From the IMG/VR virus record IMGVR_UViG_2529293058_000001, positions 3,835 to 67,834 of that record: 64,000 nucleotides of DNA. One strand, given 5' to 3'. Below the pieces are notes generated by a model. It saw only the letters and a list, made by a program, of their open reading frames with translations. It made no database searches and had not been told where the DNA came from. The translations under genes and the position numbers were made by a program. The DNA comes from a virus (lineage: Duplodnaviria; Caudoviricetes). This document shows positions 17,992-27,430 of the stretch, one piece after another. How positions within the stretch are numbered: the first letter of the stretch is position 1; every line of letters begins with the position of its first letter.

Positions 17992-19357
17992 TGACTTTTG
18001 GTCATATTGTCTTTACCATGATCCTAAGTTCTTTGCCAAGCGACTATTCTTGAAGAAGGTCGCTGATGCTTTTACGCGGGTGTACGAGTCATATATGGCT
18101 GGTATCATCCGCCGGCTTGCTGTGTCTATGCCTCCGCGAGCCGGGAAGTCATATATTTCGTCGTTATTCATTGCCTGGATGCTTGGCCATTTCCCGGAGG
18201 AGTCAGTAATGCGTAACTGCTGCTCCGATACGCTGTACAACAAACTGTCCTACGATACCCGTGATATTGTCCGCTCTTCCCGGTTCAAAGAAGTTTTTCC
18301 GGATGTAAAACTACGTGGTGATAAACAGAACGTGCATGGCTGGAGCTTGGAAGCTGCCCGGCAGGTGAGTTACTTCGGGGCTGGTGTAGGCGGTACGGTA
18401 ATCGGTTTCGGTGCGTCTATGTTGGCCATGACCGACGACTTGTATAAGAGTTTGGAAGATGCACTATCTGACACCAATAACGAAAAGGTCTGGTCTTGGA
18501 AGCAGGGAACACATGATTCTCGTATCGAGGGAAACTGTTGTTCAATCGACATCGGTACCCGCTGGTCGGCTACGGACGTTCTTGGTCGTATGGAGGAAAT
18601 GGGGAAGTATGACGAGATTATCCGTATCGCAGCCCTGGATGAGAACGACCGCTCTTTTTGTGAGGATGTACATACGACAGAGTATTACCATGAACTACGA
18701 GAGGAAACGGACGATTCCATCTGGTGTGCCGAGTATATGCAGGAACCGATCGAGGCTATTGGGTTGTTGTTCCCTAAATCAGAATTAAACCGATTCAAGC
18801 TGGCAGATATAGAAGGTAAGCAACCGGATGGTGTTATCGGTGCTACCGATGTGGCAGACGAGGGAGACGACGATTTCTGTGCGCCTATTGCTAAAGTATT
18901 CGGTACGAAGTATTTCATTACCGATGTGCTGTTTACGAAAGACAATGTCGAGATTACCGAACCGAAGCTGGTTTCCTTGATCCTTGATACCCGTTGCGAC
19001 AATATGCGTATCGAGAGTAACAATGGTGGTCGTTTGTTCGCCCTCAATGTCCGTAAGGCTGTAAAGGCAAAGAATGAGAAATGTATCATCCAGGCGAAAC
19101 CGACAACAGCCAATAAGGATACACGTATCTTGTTGAAGTCTGGTTGGATTAAGAAGCATTGCTATTTCCTGGAAGAGGGCGAGTATAGGAAAGGTTCGGA
19201 TTACGATCGGTTTATGAAAGCGCTTACCGGATATAAGAAAGAAGGTGGCAATAAGCATGATGATGCGCCGGACGGCATGACGATCCTTGCCGAGAATGTA
19301 GAGTTCATCGGGTTGTGCAAGGCTAACTCTGTACGTCGGGTAGCAAGGAGTAGATAA
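17912..19357 (+). CDS. terL: Terminase large subunit
   Basis: MPPRAGKS Walker A, MTDDLYK Walker B and HDDAPD nuclease motif. Confidence 0.95.
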   Translation: MAKKNNREILIQQAKAAILLRRREANNDFWSYCLYHDPKFFAKRLFLKKVADAFTRVYESYMAGIIRRLAVSMPPRAGKSYISSLFIAWMLGHFPEESVMRNCCSDTLYNKLSYDTRDIVRSSRFKEVFPDVKLRGDKQNVHGWSLEAARQVSYFGAGVGGTVIGFGASMLAMTDDLYKSLEDALSDTNNEKVWSWKQGTHDSRIEGNCCSIDIGTRWSATDVLGRMEEMGKYDEIIRIAALDENDRSFCEDVHTTEYYHELREETDDSIWCAEYMQEPIEAIGLLFPKSELNRFKLADIEGKQPDGVIGATDVADEGDDDFCAPIAKVFGTKYFITDVLFTKDNVEITEPKLVSLILDTRCDNMRIESNNGGRLFALNVRKAVKAKNEKCIIQAKPTTANKDTRILLKSGWIKKHCYFLEEGEYRKGSDYDRFMKALTGYKKEGGNKHDDAPDGMTILAENVEFIGLCKANSVRRVARSR

Positions 19358-19443
19358 TTCGATTTTATAAAATTTTTCCGAGGGGATAATTTTATAATTC
19401 AAAATTATCGCTACTTTTACTTCCCAATGTAGACAAAACGAAG

Positions 19444-19623
19444 ATGATATCACATAAACAATATGAGTTTGCGCAAGCAAGAATAGAGAAACTGTTACCA
19501 TTGGTGGATGATAATACACCTGCAAACGATAGAAATGCAGTTGAACTTATGATGATGTCAGATATAGTGATTGCTTACGAGAAAGAACATTATCCCATAG
19601 GTAAGTCGGCTGCGATTAAATAA
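19444..19623 (+). CDS. 59-aa protein resembling only the N-terminal domain of HigA-type antitoxins
   Basis: QYEFAQARIEKLLPLVDDNTPANDRNAVELMMMSDIVIAYEKEHYPI then stop; no HTH follows. Confidence 0.7.
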   Translation: MISHKQYEFAQARIEKLLPLVDDNTPANDRNAVELMMMSDIVIAYEKEHYPIGKSAAIK

Positions 19624-19682
19624 AAACGTGATCATTTAAAGTGATTGCGCTTTTTCGTTTTATATTTTAGCATAAAACAATT

Positions 19683-21152
19683 ATGCCAAGTATAAACGAC
19701 ATCCTTACAAATGAAGATTTTGGGCAGGTAGTTAGTACGCTATGTGTCGATACGATAGAATACCGAGAACCAAGAGAATATTACAACGAATATAATGGCG
19801 AACGTCGGAGACGTAAAACCTCTGTTGGCTGGCGTGAGCCTAAACGTTTAGAAGTCTATTCGGATACTTTGGTGGATAAAAATGGTGAACCAGTACGCCT
19901 TCCTGATAAGATCGTAGATGTGGCCCGTATCGTAACCAACTTTCCGAAGAAGGAGGTGCGTACCTCTGTCGCTTTCCTGTTTGGCGGGCAAATGACGATT
20001 ACCGGAGCTGATCAGAACGATGGTTTCCAAGAGTTCAAACGTGTATGGGAACGCCGATTGAAGATGCAATCCGTTTTGAAGTCATTTGCACGCAAGGTGC
20101 TTTCTGAAAGTAAGGCCGCTCTTGTGTTCTATCCGTATATATCCAAAGGATTAGACGGCAAATTGATTACGGAGTTGAAGGTGAAAACGCTCTCTGTTCC
20201 CCGTAATGAAAATACTTTATCTGAATTTTATCCCCATTTCGACGATAATGATGATATGGATGCCTTTATCCATCGTTATCAAGTAAATTCTAATGGTATG
20301 ATCCGGAACAGCTGTACAATCTGGACGGCAGATAAGATTATTACGGCTATCGATGAAATGGGCGGCTGGGTGATAAAAGAGGTTCCCAATCTATTCGGGA
20401 AGATTCCGGTTGTGTATGCCGATGTATTCCAACCTGAATGGGATGAAGTAGCGCTTCTGATGGATGCTCGTGAAATGCGTATTTCTCGCATGGTGGATAC
20501 AAATGATTACTATGGTGATCCGATGTTGAAAACATTCGATGTGGCTGACTTGCCGACTAAAGACACTGTCGGAAAAGAATTGTCTTTTACTTCTAAAGTA
20601 CATCCGGAAACGCAACAATTGTATCATGGCGATGCGGAATATCTTACTTGGAACGGCTCTCAGCCATCTGTGGATAAAGAGTTGGAAGAAACCAAATGCG
20701 AGCTGTTTTCCGGTACATCCACGCCGGATCTTTCCTTTGACAATTTGAAAGGTATTGGCAACCTGTCCGGTGTTGCCCGTAAATTCATGCTGATGGATGC
20801 CACTATCAAGGCGAGCGAGAACATGGAAACGTTCGGTCCGGTGGTTCAGCGTTGCGTGTCGGTCGTGTTGGCTGGGATATGCAATATTACCAACATCAAG
20901 TACCGTCCTCAATTGGTGAACAACCTGATCGATGTGGAATTTGGTTCCATTTTGCCGGAAGATTTGGCTGAAACCCTGCAAACCTTATCTATTGCCAATG
21001 GAGGCAAACCGATTAACGCTCAGCGCACGGTTACGGCTCATTCTCCGCTAACAGAAGACTTGGACGAAGAAATGAAGCTGATGAAGGAAGAGGAGGATAC
21101 GGCTGCGCAACGTAATAACATGGTTGGTCTGACAATGGGATATGGAGAATGA
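19683..21152 (+). CDS. Portal protein (SPP1-like)
   Basis: 489 aa after terL; NLFGKIPVV and LSGVARK motifs. Confidence 0.9.
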   Translation: MPSINDILTNEDFGQVVSTLCVDTIEYREPREYYNEYNGERRRRKTSVGWREPKRLEVYSDTLVDKNGEPVRLPDKIVDVARIVTNFPKKEVRTSVAFLFGGQMTITGADQNDGFQEFKRVWERRLKMQSVLKSFARKVLSESKAALVFYPYISKGLDGKLITELKVKTLSVPRNENTLSEFYPHFDDNDDMDAFIHRYQVNSNGMIRNSCTIWTADKIITAIDEMGGWVIKEVPNLFGKIPVVYADVFQPEWDEVALLMDAREMRISRMVDTNDYYGDPMLKTFDVADLPTKDTVGKELSFTSKVHPETQQLYHGDAEYLTWNGSQPSVDKELEETKCELFSGTSTPDLSFDNLKGIGNLSGVARKFMLMDATIKASENMETFGPVVQRCVSVVLAGICNITNIKYRPQLVNNLIDVEFGSILPEDLAETLQTLSIANGGKPINAQRTVTAHSPLTEDLDEEMKLMKEEEDTAAQRNNMVGLTMGYGE

Positions 21153-22453
21153 AAGAACTATCATTTCATGAGCGACAATTCCTGCAACGTCTGTTCCGAC
21201 AACAAGGCAGCATAAAGTATTCGTTTGACGAGTTTGTTCGTAGGGTAGGATCTCTTCTGGCTAAATGGTCGGATCATGGCGGCGACCGTGTATGGATAGG
21301 TAATGCTACTATTGAAAAGCAAATAGAACGTCTGTTGGATGATTTACACACGCAGCTCGTAAGCAATATATCCAATACAGTTACCGATGTATGGAATTTA
21401 GGCAATAGGAAAGCGGATGAACTGGTAACGGGCTATATTAAGGATATGGCTATCTCCACTACGCTAAGGGAAAAATTGTTTTCCCGGAATGCCGATGCAC
21501 TGAATACTTTATTGAAACGTAAAGATGAATTTGGTAAAACCATATCCTCCCGTGTTTGGGATATAACGGACGGGGCTATGGATAATCTGGAATATTATCT
21601 TTCTTCGGGTTTATCTTCCGGCCGTCCAGCCGCGTTGATCAGCCAAGATATACGGCAATTGCTAAACGAACCCAACCGTCGTTTCCGCCGTGTAAGGGAC
21701 GCGAATGGGAAGCTGGTTCTATCCCAGCCAATGAAAGACTATCATCCGGGGCAGGGTGTTTACCGTTCGTCTTACAAAAACGCTCTACGTTTAGCTGCAA
21801 CGGAGACCAATAAGGCTTTTCGAACTGCCGATTACGAACGTTGGCAGAAAATGGACTTCGTGACTGGTTATGAGGTGGAACGTTCACCATCGAATCACGG
21901 TCCGTGTCCTGTATGTGATGCAAAGGCTGGCCAATACTCGAAGGATTTTAAGTTTACGGGCTGGCATCCGTTCTGCATCTGTATAGCTACGCCGGTCATG
22001 ATGGATCATGAGGAGTTTGCGGAATGGTTGCTGGGGGATGGAAAGATTGAAAGAGATAGTATTTCAATCCAATATTCAAAAGATAGAACGAAAGAGCTGC
22101 AAAATTGGGCAAAGCAGTCTTTATTGAATGGCTCATTCTCTCATAAAGATTTTCCGGTACGAGTTAAAATGACAGGAAAGTCTATCAAAGAGTTCTTGAA
22201 TCAGCCTCATAAGTTCAAGAAAGAGAAGAACGAATTGATAAAAAATATAGGAGCGATATTTGCCGGTTCGGATTACAAGGGGTATACTGAATACCATAAG
22301 GATAATCCTATGATTAAATATTCTCATGTTTTTGAAATTGAGTTGAACGGAGAGAAAAGTTGGATTATTGTTAGAGAAGATATAACCGGGAATGCCGTCC
22401 TTTATAGTATATCGGATAGTGATAAGGTCTTGACTGGCATAAAAAAGAAGTAG
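21149..22453 (+). CDS. MuF/gp7 head morphogenesis protein with C-terminal extension (LPD3-like)
   Basis: RLAATETN, CPVCDA and WHPFCIC MuF motifs, followed by about 130 extra aa (KSIKEFLNQPH...SWIIVRED...LYSISD). Confidence 0.85.
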   Translation: MKELSFHERQFLQRLFRQQGSIKYSFDEFVRRVGSLLAKWSDHGGDRVWIGNATIEKQIERLLDDLHTQLVSNISNTVTDVWNLGNRKADELVTGYIKDMAISTTLREKLFSRNADALNTLLKRKDEFGKTISSRVWDITDGAMDNLEYYLSSGLSSGRPAALISQDIRQLLNEPNRRFRRVRDANGKLVLSQPMKDYHPGQGVYRSSYKNALRLAATETNKAFRTADYERWQKMDFVTGYEVERSPSNHGPCPVCDAKAGQYSKDFKFTGWHPFCICIATPVMMDHEEFAEWLLGDGKIERDSISIQYSKDRTKELQNWAKQSLLNGSFSHKDFPVRVKMTGKSIKEFLNQPHKFKKEKNELIKNIGAIFAGSDYKGYTEYHKDNPMIKYSHVFEIELNGEKSWIIVREDITGNAVLYSISDSDKVLTGIKKK

Positions 22454-22522
22454 CCCGATAGACCATCACCGTAGAACTACAATCCACGGCTGAATCTGTC
22501 AGACTACTCTTTTGCAAAAATA
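22444..22522 (-). ncRNA. Candidate ~65-nt sRNA convergent on the MuF 3' end
   Basis: Minus-strand TATTTTTG promoter (22515-22), then a long imperfect hairpin closed by AGTAGTCT/GGGCTACT, then TCTTTTTT. Confidence 0.45.
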
Positions 22523-22678
22523 TAAATTATCTCCTAATTGTCTAACGATTTTGGAAATTTAATCGTCAAATCAACTATTGTCGTCAGGACAATAGTTGAA
22601 CTGCGGTGCTGAACACCGTGTTTCAACTGAGGTCGTAATGACCCCAGTTGTTACGATCTGCACAATGGTTGAAATTAA

Positions 22679-23500
22679 TCAAATTACCTCTGCCACCTCC
22701 TTTGGCTGCTCTACCACCTTAAATAGATTGGCGAGGAACTCCAATCCTTTCTGGGTGACGAGTACTTTCAAGACCATGAAACCGTCATGGTTGTTGCGGT
22801 CAATCCATTTCTCTTTTAGGACGAAATATCCACGTTTCACATATTCCTGTTTCGGTTCGTTCTTGTTCTTGAAGAACACGCCCATATCACGCAGTTTCTG
22901 GAACAGGGTGTTTCTTCCGAACGGTAGATTCAGAATTTTAGCAGACTGGCCAATGTCGATACGCTCGTCCGCGTCCATTACTTTATCCATAAATTCAGCC
23001 TTGGGGCGTAATTTGTTGTTTTCTTTTACCACGGTTTCAACTTTTCTCTCTAGTTGTTGAATTCGTTCTTCTTTGCGCTTCATGGTATCTTGGGCAACCA
23101 ACAAGGCACGGGCCATAATCTCCTCCGGAGTCTCATCTGCTTTGGCGACCATGTAGCCTCCTGTTTTGCGGATGGCAGGGAGAATCTCTTCACATACCCA
23201 ATCCTGGAACTTTTCTGCTTCGGGCAATTTGGAGCGCATGATTAGACGGTAGACATCGGATTCGGGAATAAACGAAATTTCCACTTTCTGTTCCGTACTT
23301 TTACCATATTGATTTGTAGTGATTGAGACCCCCTCGTGTTTTACGACCCCCTTGCAATGTCTATTGATAGCATCATATCGGTTACTATATCCTAACATAG
23401 CAGCAACATCACTTGCTACAAACATCGGTTTATTCTCTATAACCGTAACTCTGATTTCTCCGAATATCGGACTTTGGAAATATTGTATCTTCGCTTCCAT
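22679..23500 (-). CDS. Bro-N / ANT (KilAC) antirepressor
   Basis: FGEIRV...PMFVASDVA..LGY, KFQDWVCEEILPAIRKTGGY and LPFGRNTLF..LR. Confidence 0.92.
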   Translation of the reverse strand: MEAKIQYFQSPIFGEIRVTVIENKPMFVASDVAAMLGYSNRYDAINRHCKGVVKHEGVSITTNQYGKSTEQKVEISFIPESDVYRLIMRSKLPEAEKFQDWVCEEILPAIRKTGGYMVAKADETPEEIMARALLVAQDTMKRKEERIQQLERKVETVVKENNKLRPKAEFMDKVMDADERIDIGQSAKILNLPFGRNTLFQKLRDMGVFFKNKNEPKQEYVKRGYFVLKEKWIDRNNHDGFMVLKVLVTQKGLEFLANLFKVVEQPKEVAEVI

Positions 23501-23515
23501 AATAATTCGCGTTTA

Positions 23516-23645
23516 AAAGTGAAAGGGCAAAGACCGGAATTGCTTATTGTGGCTGTTTGCAATTCCAATCAATACCCTTTATTAATATCTTCCTATGGAG
23601 AACAGCCACGGACTCCGGATTAGAACGTTCTGAAATAATATATAA
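23516..23645 (-). promoter_or_regulatory. Conserved attenuator-like structured RNA, copy B (directly upstream of the antirepressor)
   Basis: Reverse complement aligns with 12421-12551. Confidence 0.7.
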
Positions 23646-23646
23646 A

Positions 23647-23802
23647 TCAGATTTTCTTTTTCCCGGAAATTTCTTTTCCCGCAGAGATTCTTCCTTCCTC
23701 AAAAGCTATCTCCACTGCCTCACTGGCACGAACCTTAGTGATATACCACTTGCCGGAGAGTTTTACCTTGTGGTGGTTAATGTATTTCTTGGCTTCTTTC
23801 AT
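23647..23802 (-). CDS. 51-aa basic peptide
   Basis: MKEAKKYINHHKVKLSGKWYITKVRASEAVEIAFEEGRISAGKEISGKKKI; overlaps the upstream stop and has a GGAGG upstream. Confidence 0.55.
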   Translation of the reverse strand: MKEAKKYINHHKVKLSGKWYITKVRASEAVEIAFEEGRISAGKEISGKKKI

Positions 23803-24047
23803 GGCTGTTCCTCCACACCTACGTTGATATCGTGGAAAATCGTATAACCTATCATTTCTCCAATGTCAGACATAATGGTGAACAGGTTGTCATAGATTTT
23901 TTCCAGTTTGATAGAATAAGCCTCGTTCATCGGGGCTTCGTCATTATCCAGCCAATTCCCGATACGCGACTTGACGGATTTGAGTTCACGCAGCATGGTA
24001 GTTAGTTCTTCTCGTTCCTCTTTCAAAGGCAATACTTGCTTTTTCAT
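23799..24047 (-). CDS. Hypothetical coiled-coil protein
   Basis: 82-aa ORF with ATGA-type overlap on the upstream gene. Confidence 0.6.
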   Translation of the reverse strand: MKKQVLPLKEEREELTTMLRELKSVKSRIGNWLDNDEAPMNEAYSIKLEKIYDNLFTIMSDIGEMIGYTIFHDINVGVEEQP

Positions 24048-24325
24048 TTCAGACCTCCTTTCTGCTCCTGTAGTTTCTGATTGAGCTTTTGGTTCTCTGC
24101 AAAGAGCTGGTTCATGATGTGGCGTTGGTACGAAAGCATACCTTCGGTTCTACCGATAGCGCGTCCGGCATCATAAGCTGCCTGGAGTTCTAAAGTTGAA
24201 TACGGTGAACCGGAAGCCAAGATAGCTTGCAATTCAGGATTGGAGTACTTACCCGTTTCGTGGGTGGACGTACTTGTGGCACTACTATTATTCATGCCAC
24301 TTGTAATTTCATGTTCCTTGGTCAT
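24044..24325 (-). CDS. Paralog of 11664-11903 downstream of C4-like RNA 2
   Basis: Shared C-terminal ~45 aa; start MTKEH overlaps the antisense target. Confidence 0.75.
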   Translation of the reverse strand: MTKEHEITSGMNNSSATSTSTHETGKYSNPELQAILASGSPYSTLELQAAYDAGRAIGRTEGMLSYQRHIMNQLFAENQKLNQKLQEQKGGLK

Positions 24326-24536
24326 TTTTACTAATGAAATTATAAGATACAAAAAAGGCTGTCAGCCTCCCATTCCGACCAAGGAACACGTTTTATACGA
24401 ATTATACGTATAGGTAACGTAGTAGGGATTTTGACAGCCTAATATCTTTGTGTTTGGGATATGGGCATAAAAAATCCTATACAGTATATTCATATAATAA
24501 AACTTTGTTCCTTGGTCGTTGAACGTTGCAAATATG
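24313..24536 (-). ncRNA. C4/CI-like antisense RNA module 2
   Basis: In the transcript, target CGACCAAGGAACA (24506-18), antisense GTGTTCCTTGGTCG (24376-89) inside stem AGGCTGTCA/TGACAGCCT plus T-run, and second target GACCAAGGAAC over the ATG (24313-23). Confidence 0.7.
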
Positions 24537-24723
24537 GGTACTTATTTTTGATTATGCAAATATTTATTCATTATTTTGCAAATGCAACCGTTGATGGATT
24601 CGACTTTCTTGCCGGAGGTTGCTATCATCAAGATAAAAAGAAAGAGAGGTTAGAATGCGCAGTGAGTGCGTGTTACTCTCCGTCATCAAGATAGGATAGT
24701 TAAGAATAAAAAACTATTCAATT

Positions 24724-24819
24724 ATGGAAACATTGTTTTCATTTATTTGGGAAATCTCGAAAGAGATTATAATCCATTATATCATAAAGATGATAGATAA
24801 GTACCTTGGAGATAAATAA
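24724..24819 (+). CDS. 31-aa amphipathic peptide with its own terminator (type I toxin-like)
   Basis: METLFSFIWEISKEIIIHYIIKMIDKYLGDK; long structured leader; terminator about 24836-24864. Confidence 0.45.
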   Translation: METLFSFIWEISKEIIIHYIIKMIDKYLGDK

Positions 24820-24912
24820 AAACTGAAAAGTTTTAGCCTGTGGACGTGTCCATGGGCTTTTTTTATGTCAGTAAAATCCTAATCGTCTTTATATTTTAAA
24901 CAGAAAACTCTT

Positions 24913-25599
24913 ATGACAATTTTAGATTTAATCAAGGCGGCATGTAAGACGAAAGGCGTGCCAGAGAAGTATGCGGAACGTATTCAGAAGACGTTCAAAA
25001 TCGAAAAAGCTGAAGGAATGGAGGCTTTTGTGGACCTGTTCAAAGAAAATATCCTTCCGGCTATCCAGGAGGCAGAGAATGAAGCTAAGACTACGGCTGA
25101 AACGGCTGCGGTCGCTGCATACGAAGCAAAACATGGATTAAAAGACGGTAAACCGGTGGAAGATCCGGATAAGAATAAGAAAACGGAAGAAGAGCTGTTG
25201 AAGGATCTTAGCCCGGAAGTAAAAGCTTATCTGGAAAGTATGAAGAAGAGTGTCGATGATATGGCTAAAAAGGTGGGTGATTCCATTACTAACTCGGCAA
25301 ACGAAGCCAAAAAAGAAACAGTTCGGAAGCAGTTGAAAGATGCCGGTCTTCCGGACAGCTGGCTGGGACGTGTGGATTTGGCTTCTGAAACGTCTATCGA
25401 GGATCAGATCAAGACACTATCCGAAGAATATACCGGAATCCAGCAAAAGGCGATCGATGATGCTGTGGCTCGTGGCGATTACGCTCCCGGTTCCGTAAAT
25501 CTTCAGGACCGTTCCGAAGCGGATTGGGCGAAGCTGATGGATCAGGACGTCGATAATAGTGCAAATAATCCCGGTGTGGTAAACCTGGGTATTGAATAA
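24913..25599 (+). CDS. Head scaffolding protein
   Basis: Acidic helical protein immediately before the decoration and capsid genes. Confidence 0.7.
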   Translation: MTILDLIKAACKTKGVPEKYAERIQKTFKIEKAEGMEAFVDLFKENILPAIQEAENEAKTTAETAAVAAYEAKHGLKDGKPVEDPDKNKKTEEELLKDLSPEVKAYLESMKKSVDDMAKKVGDSITNSANEAKKETVRKQLKDAGLPDSWLGRVDLASETSIEDQIKTLSEEYTGIQQKAIDDAVARGDYAPGSVNLQDRSEADWAKLMDQDVDNSANNPGVVNLGIE

Positions 25600-25619
25600 T
25601 CCAAGTAAAGTGTAACGTT

Positions 25620-26222
25620 ATGTACAGAAAAAGAGAAAGAGAATTCCAGTATCCTCCCGGAATTGAAAAGATTATTGAGGATGTGATCGGTGGTGGGACG
25701 ATTGATCGCAGAGACTTGCAGAACGCTTTGTTCAATGGCAAGGCGTTGGACGAACTGCCTCCGATTGTAATAGTAGTAAAAGATCCGGAAACAGGGCTGT
25801 ATCATGTATTGAAGACGGCAATGGCTTCCGATGCAGGTAGTGAAACAACTTATAAGGTGGCCAAGAATCATCTGTTCGGTGTGGGTGACTTCGTGACGAT
25901 TGGTGGCGCTTTGACTGGCGCTTCCGATAAGATCACAGCTATTGATAAGAGTAATGCGGATTTCGATACGATTACGCTGGCAGCAACGATTGGGGCTGCA
26001 ACAAAAGGTCAAGTATTGGTTCAGGCTAAAGACAAGCAGGCTGCGAAAGCCGCCAAGTTACCTTATGATGGCGAATTGGTCGTCACGATGAATAAAGTCG
26101 ACTTGACTGTAGCTAACCAGCAGTCCGGGTTATTGGTAAGAGGTACGGTAAACGAATCCTGTATGCCGTTCCCGGTAGATAAGGACTTAAAGGCATTAAT
26201 GTCGTTTATCCGTTTTGTGTAA
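25620..26222 (+). CDS. Head decoration / minor capsid protein
   Basis: Position before the MCP; beta-rich. Confidence 0.6.
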   Translation: MYRKREREFQYPPGIEKIIEDVIGGGTIDRRDLQNALFNGKALDELPPIVIVVKDPETGLYHVLKTAMASDAGSETTYKVAKNHLFGVGDFVTIGGALTGASDKITAIDKSNADFDTITLAATIGAATKGQVLVQAKDKQAAKAAKLPYDGELVVTMNKVDLTVANQQSGLLVRGTVNESCMPFPVDKDLKALMSFIRFV

Positions 26223-26240
26223 TCCATTAAAATCTGATAT

Positions 26241-27425
26241 ATGGAAAGAAGTTTAATTAAACAGGTGAATAAAAAGAACATGGCGGCTCGTTTGAATACC
26301 CGGCATGTGAAACCAGTCGTTTTCCCGAACTTCTTCGGGGTGAAAAGAAAGACTTCGTTGAAGTGGGAGACACTGACCGGCGAGAAGGGTGCTCCGGTAA
26401 TGGCAGATGTGATCTCTTTTGACGCTTCCGCTCCGCAGAAGACGCGCGAGGTAATCAGCAAGTTGTCCGGTGATATTCCAAAGATAGCCGTTAAGCGTGG
26501 TATGAACGAAAGTGATTACAACGAGTACAAACAGTTGGAACGTGACGCACAGGGTGACGCAGATCAATTGGCATTGCTGAACCTGGCTTTCAAGGATCAG
26601 GATTTCGTGTATAACTCTGTCCGTGCCCGTTTCGAATGGTGGTGTATGCAGCTCATGAGCCGTGCGGGTTTCCATTTGTCGGCAAAGAATAATAGCGGTG
26701 TCGTTACGGCTGAGTTTGTTGGTTGTGGTATGCCGAAGAAGAACCAGCGTAAATCTTCTGTAGATTGGAGCAACGCTTCAACGGCCAACGGCTTGCAGGA
26801 TATCGAAGATACGGTTGTTGCTGCTTCTGCCGAGGGAGTAACGATTCGCTATGTAGTGATGCACGTGGCTGACTTCTCTTTGTTGAAGAAGCAGAAATCA
26901 ACATTCGACACATTGAAGGCATGGGTTAATTCGTCTTCAAAAATATTGGTGACGAAAAATCTTATCAACGAGTATCTGGCCGAACAGGAAATCCCGGTGA
27001 AGATCATTACTGTGAATCCGTCTGTCCGTATCGAGGACAAGGCTCATCGTCGTAAGACGATCAATCCGTGGGAGCGTAAACGTGTATGTTTCTTGGAGGA
27101 TTTGAAGGTTGGTGATATCCAACACGGACCGATTGCAGCCGAATCTTCCGCTACCTTGCAGAAGATTGCCCTCATGGTAAAACAGGATTGGGTATTGGTT
27201 ACCAAATGGTCTGAACTGGAACCGTTCAAGGAATGGACGAAAGCAGAAGCAAATGCTATCCCTGTCGTAAACGATCCGGATGCCATGTTCATCATGAAGG
27301 TGGATGGCAAGGATTGGAGCGCATCTGAAGATACTGAAGGTACGGATGATATCCCGGCAACATTCTTAGGTGAAACTGTTGAACCGGAAGATCAAACGAT
27401 TCAGGATACCGAAAACGGAGAATAA
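26241..27425 (+). CDS. Major capsid protein
   Basis: 394 aa; lambda gpE-like motifs (VMADVISFDASAP, GDIPKIAVKR). Confidence 0.85.
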   Translation: MERSLIKQVNKKNMAARLNTRHVKPVVFPNFFGVKRKTSLKWETLTGEKGAPVMADVISFDASAPQKTREVISKLSGDIPKIAVKRGMNESDYNEYKQLERDAQGDADQLALLNLAFKDQDFVYNSVRARFEWWCMQLMSRAGFHLSAKNNSGVVTAEFVGCGMPKKNQRKSSVDWSNASTANGLQDIEDTVVAASAEGVTIRYVVMHVADFSLLKKQKSTFDTLKAWVNSSSKILVTKNLINEYLAEQEIPVKIITVNPSVRIEDKAHRRKTINPWERKRVCFLEDLKVGDIQHGPIAAESSATLQKIALMVKQDWVLVTKWSELEPFKEWTKAEANAIPVVNDPDAMFIMKVDGKDWSASEDTEGTDDIPATFLGETVEPEDQTIQDTENGE

Positions 27426-27430
27426 CGGCC

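Noticed and set aside
24594-24606. GGATTCGAC resembling the tmRNA 5' region or a tRNA T-arm
   Set aside because: No acceptor stem, cloverleaf or tag ORF around it. No tRNA or rRNA gene was found anywhere in the window.
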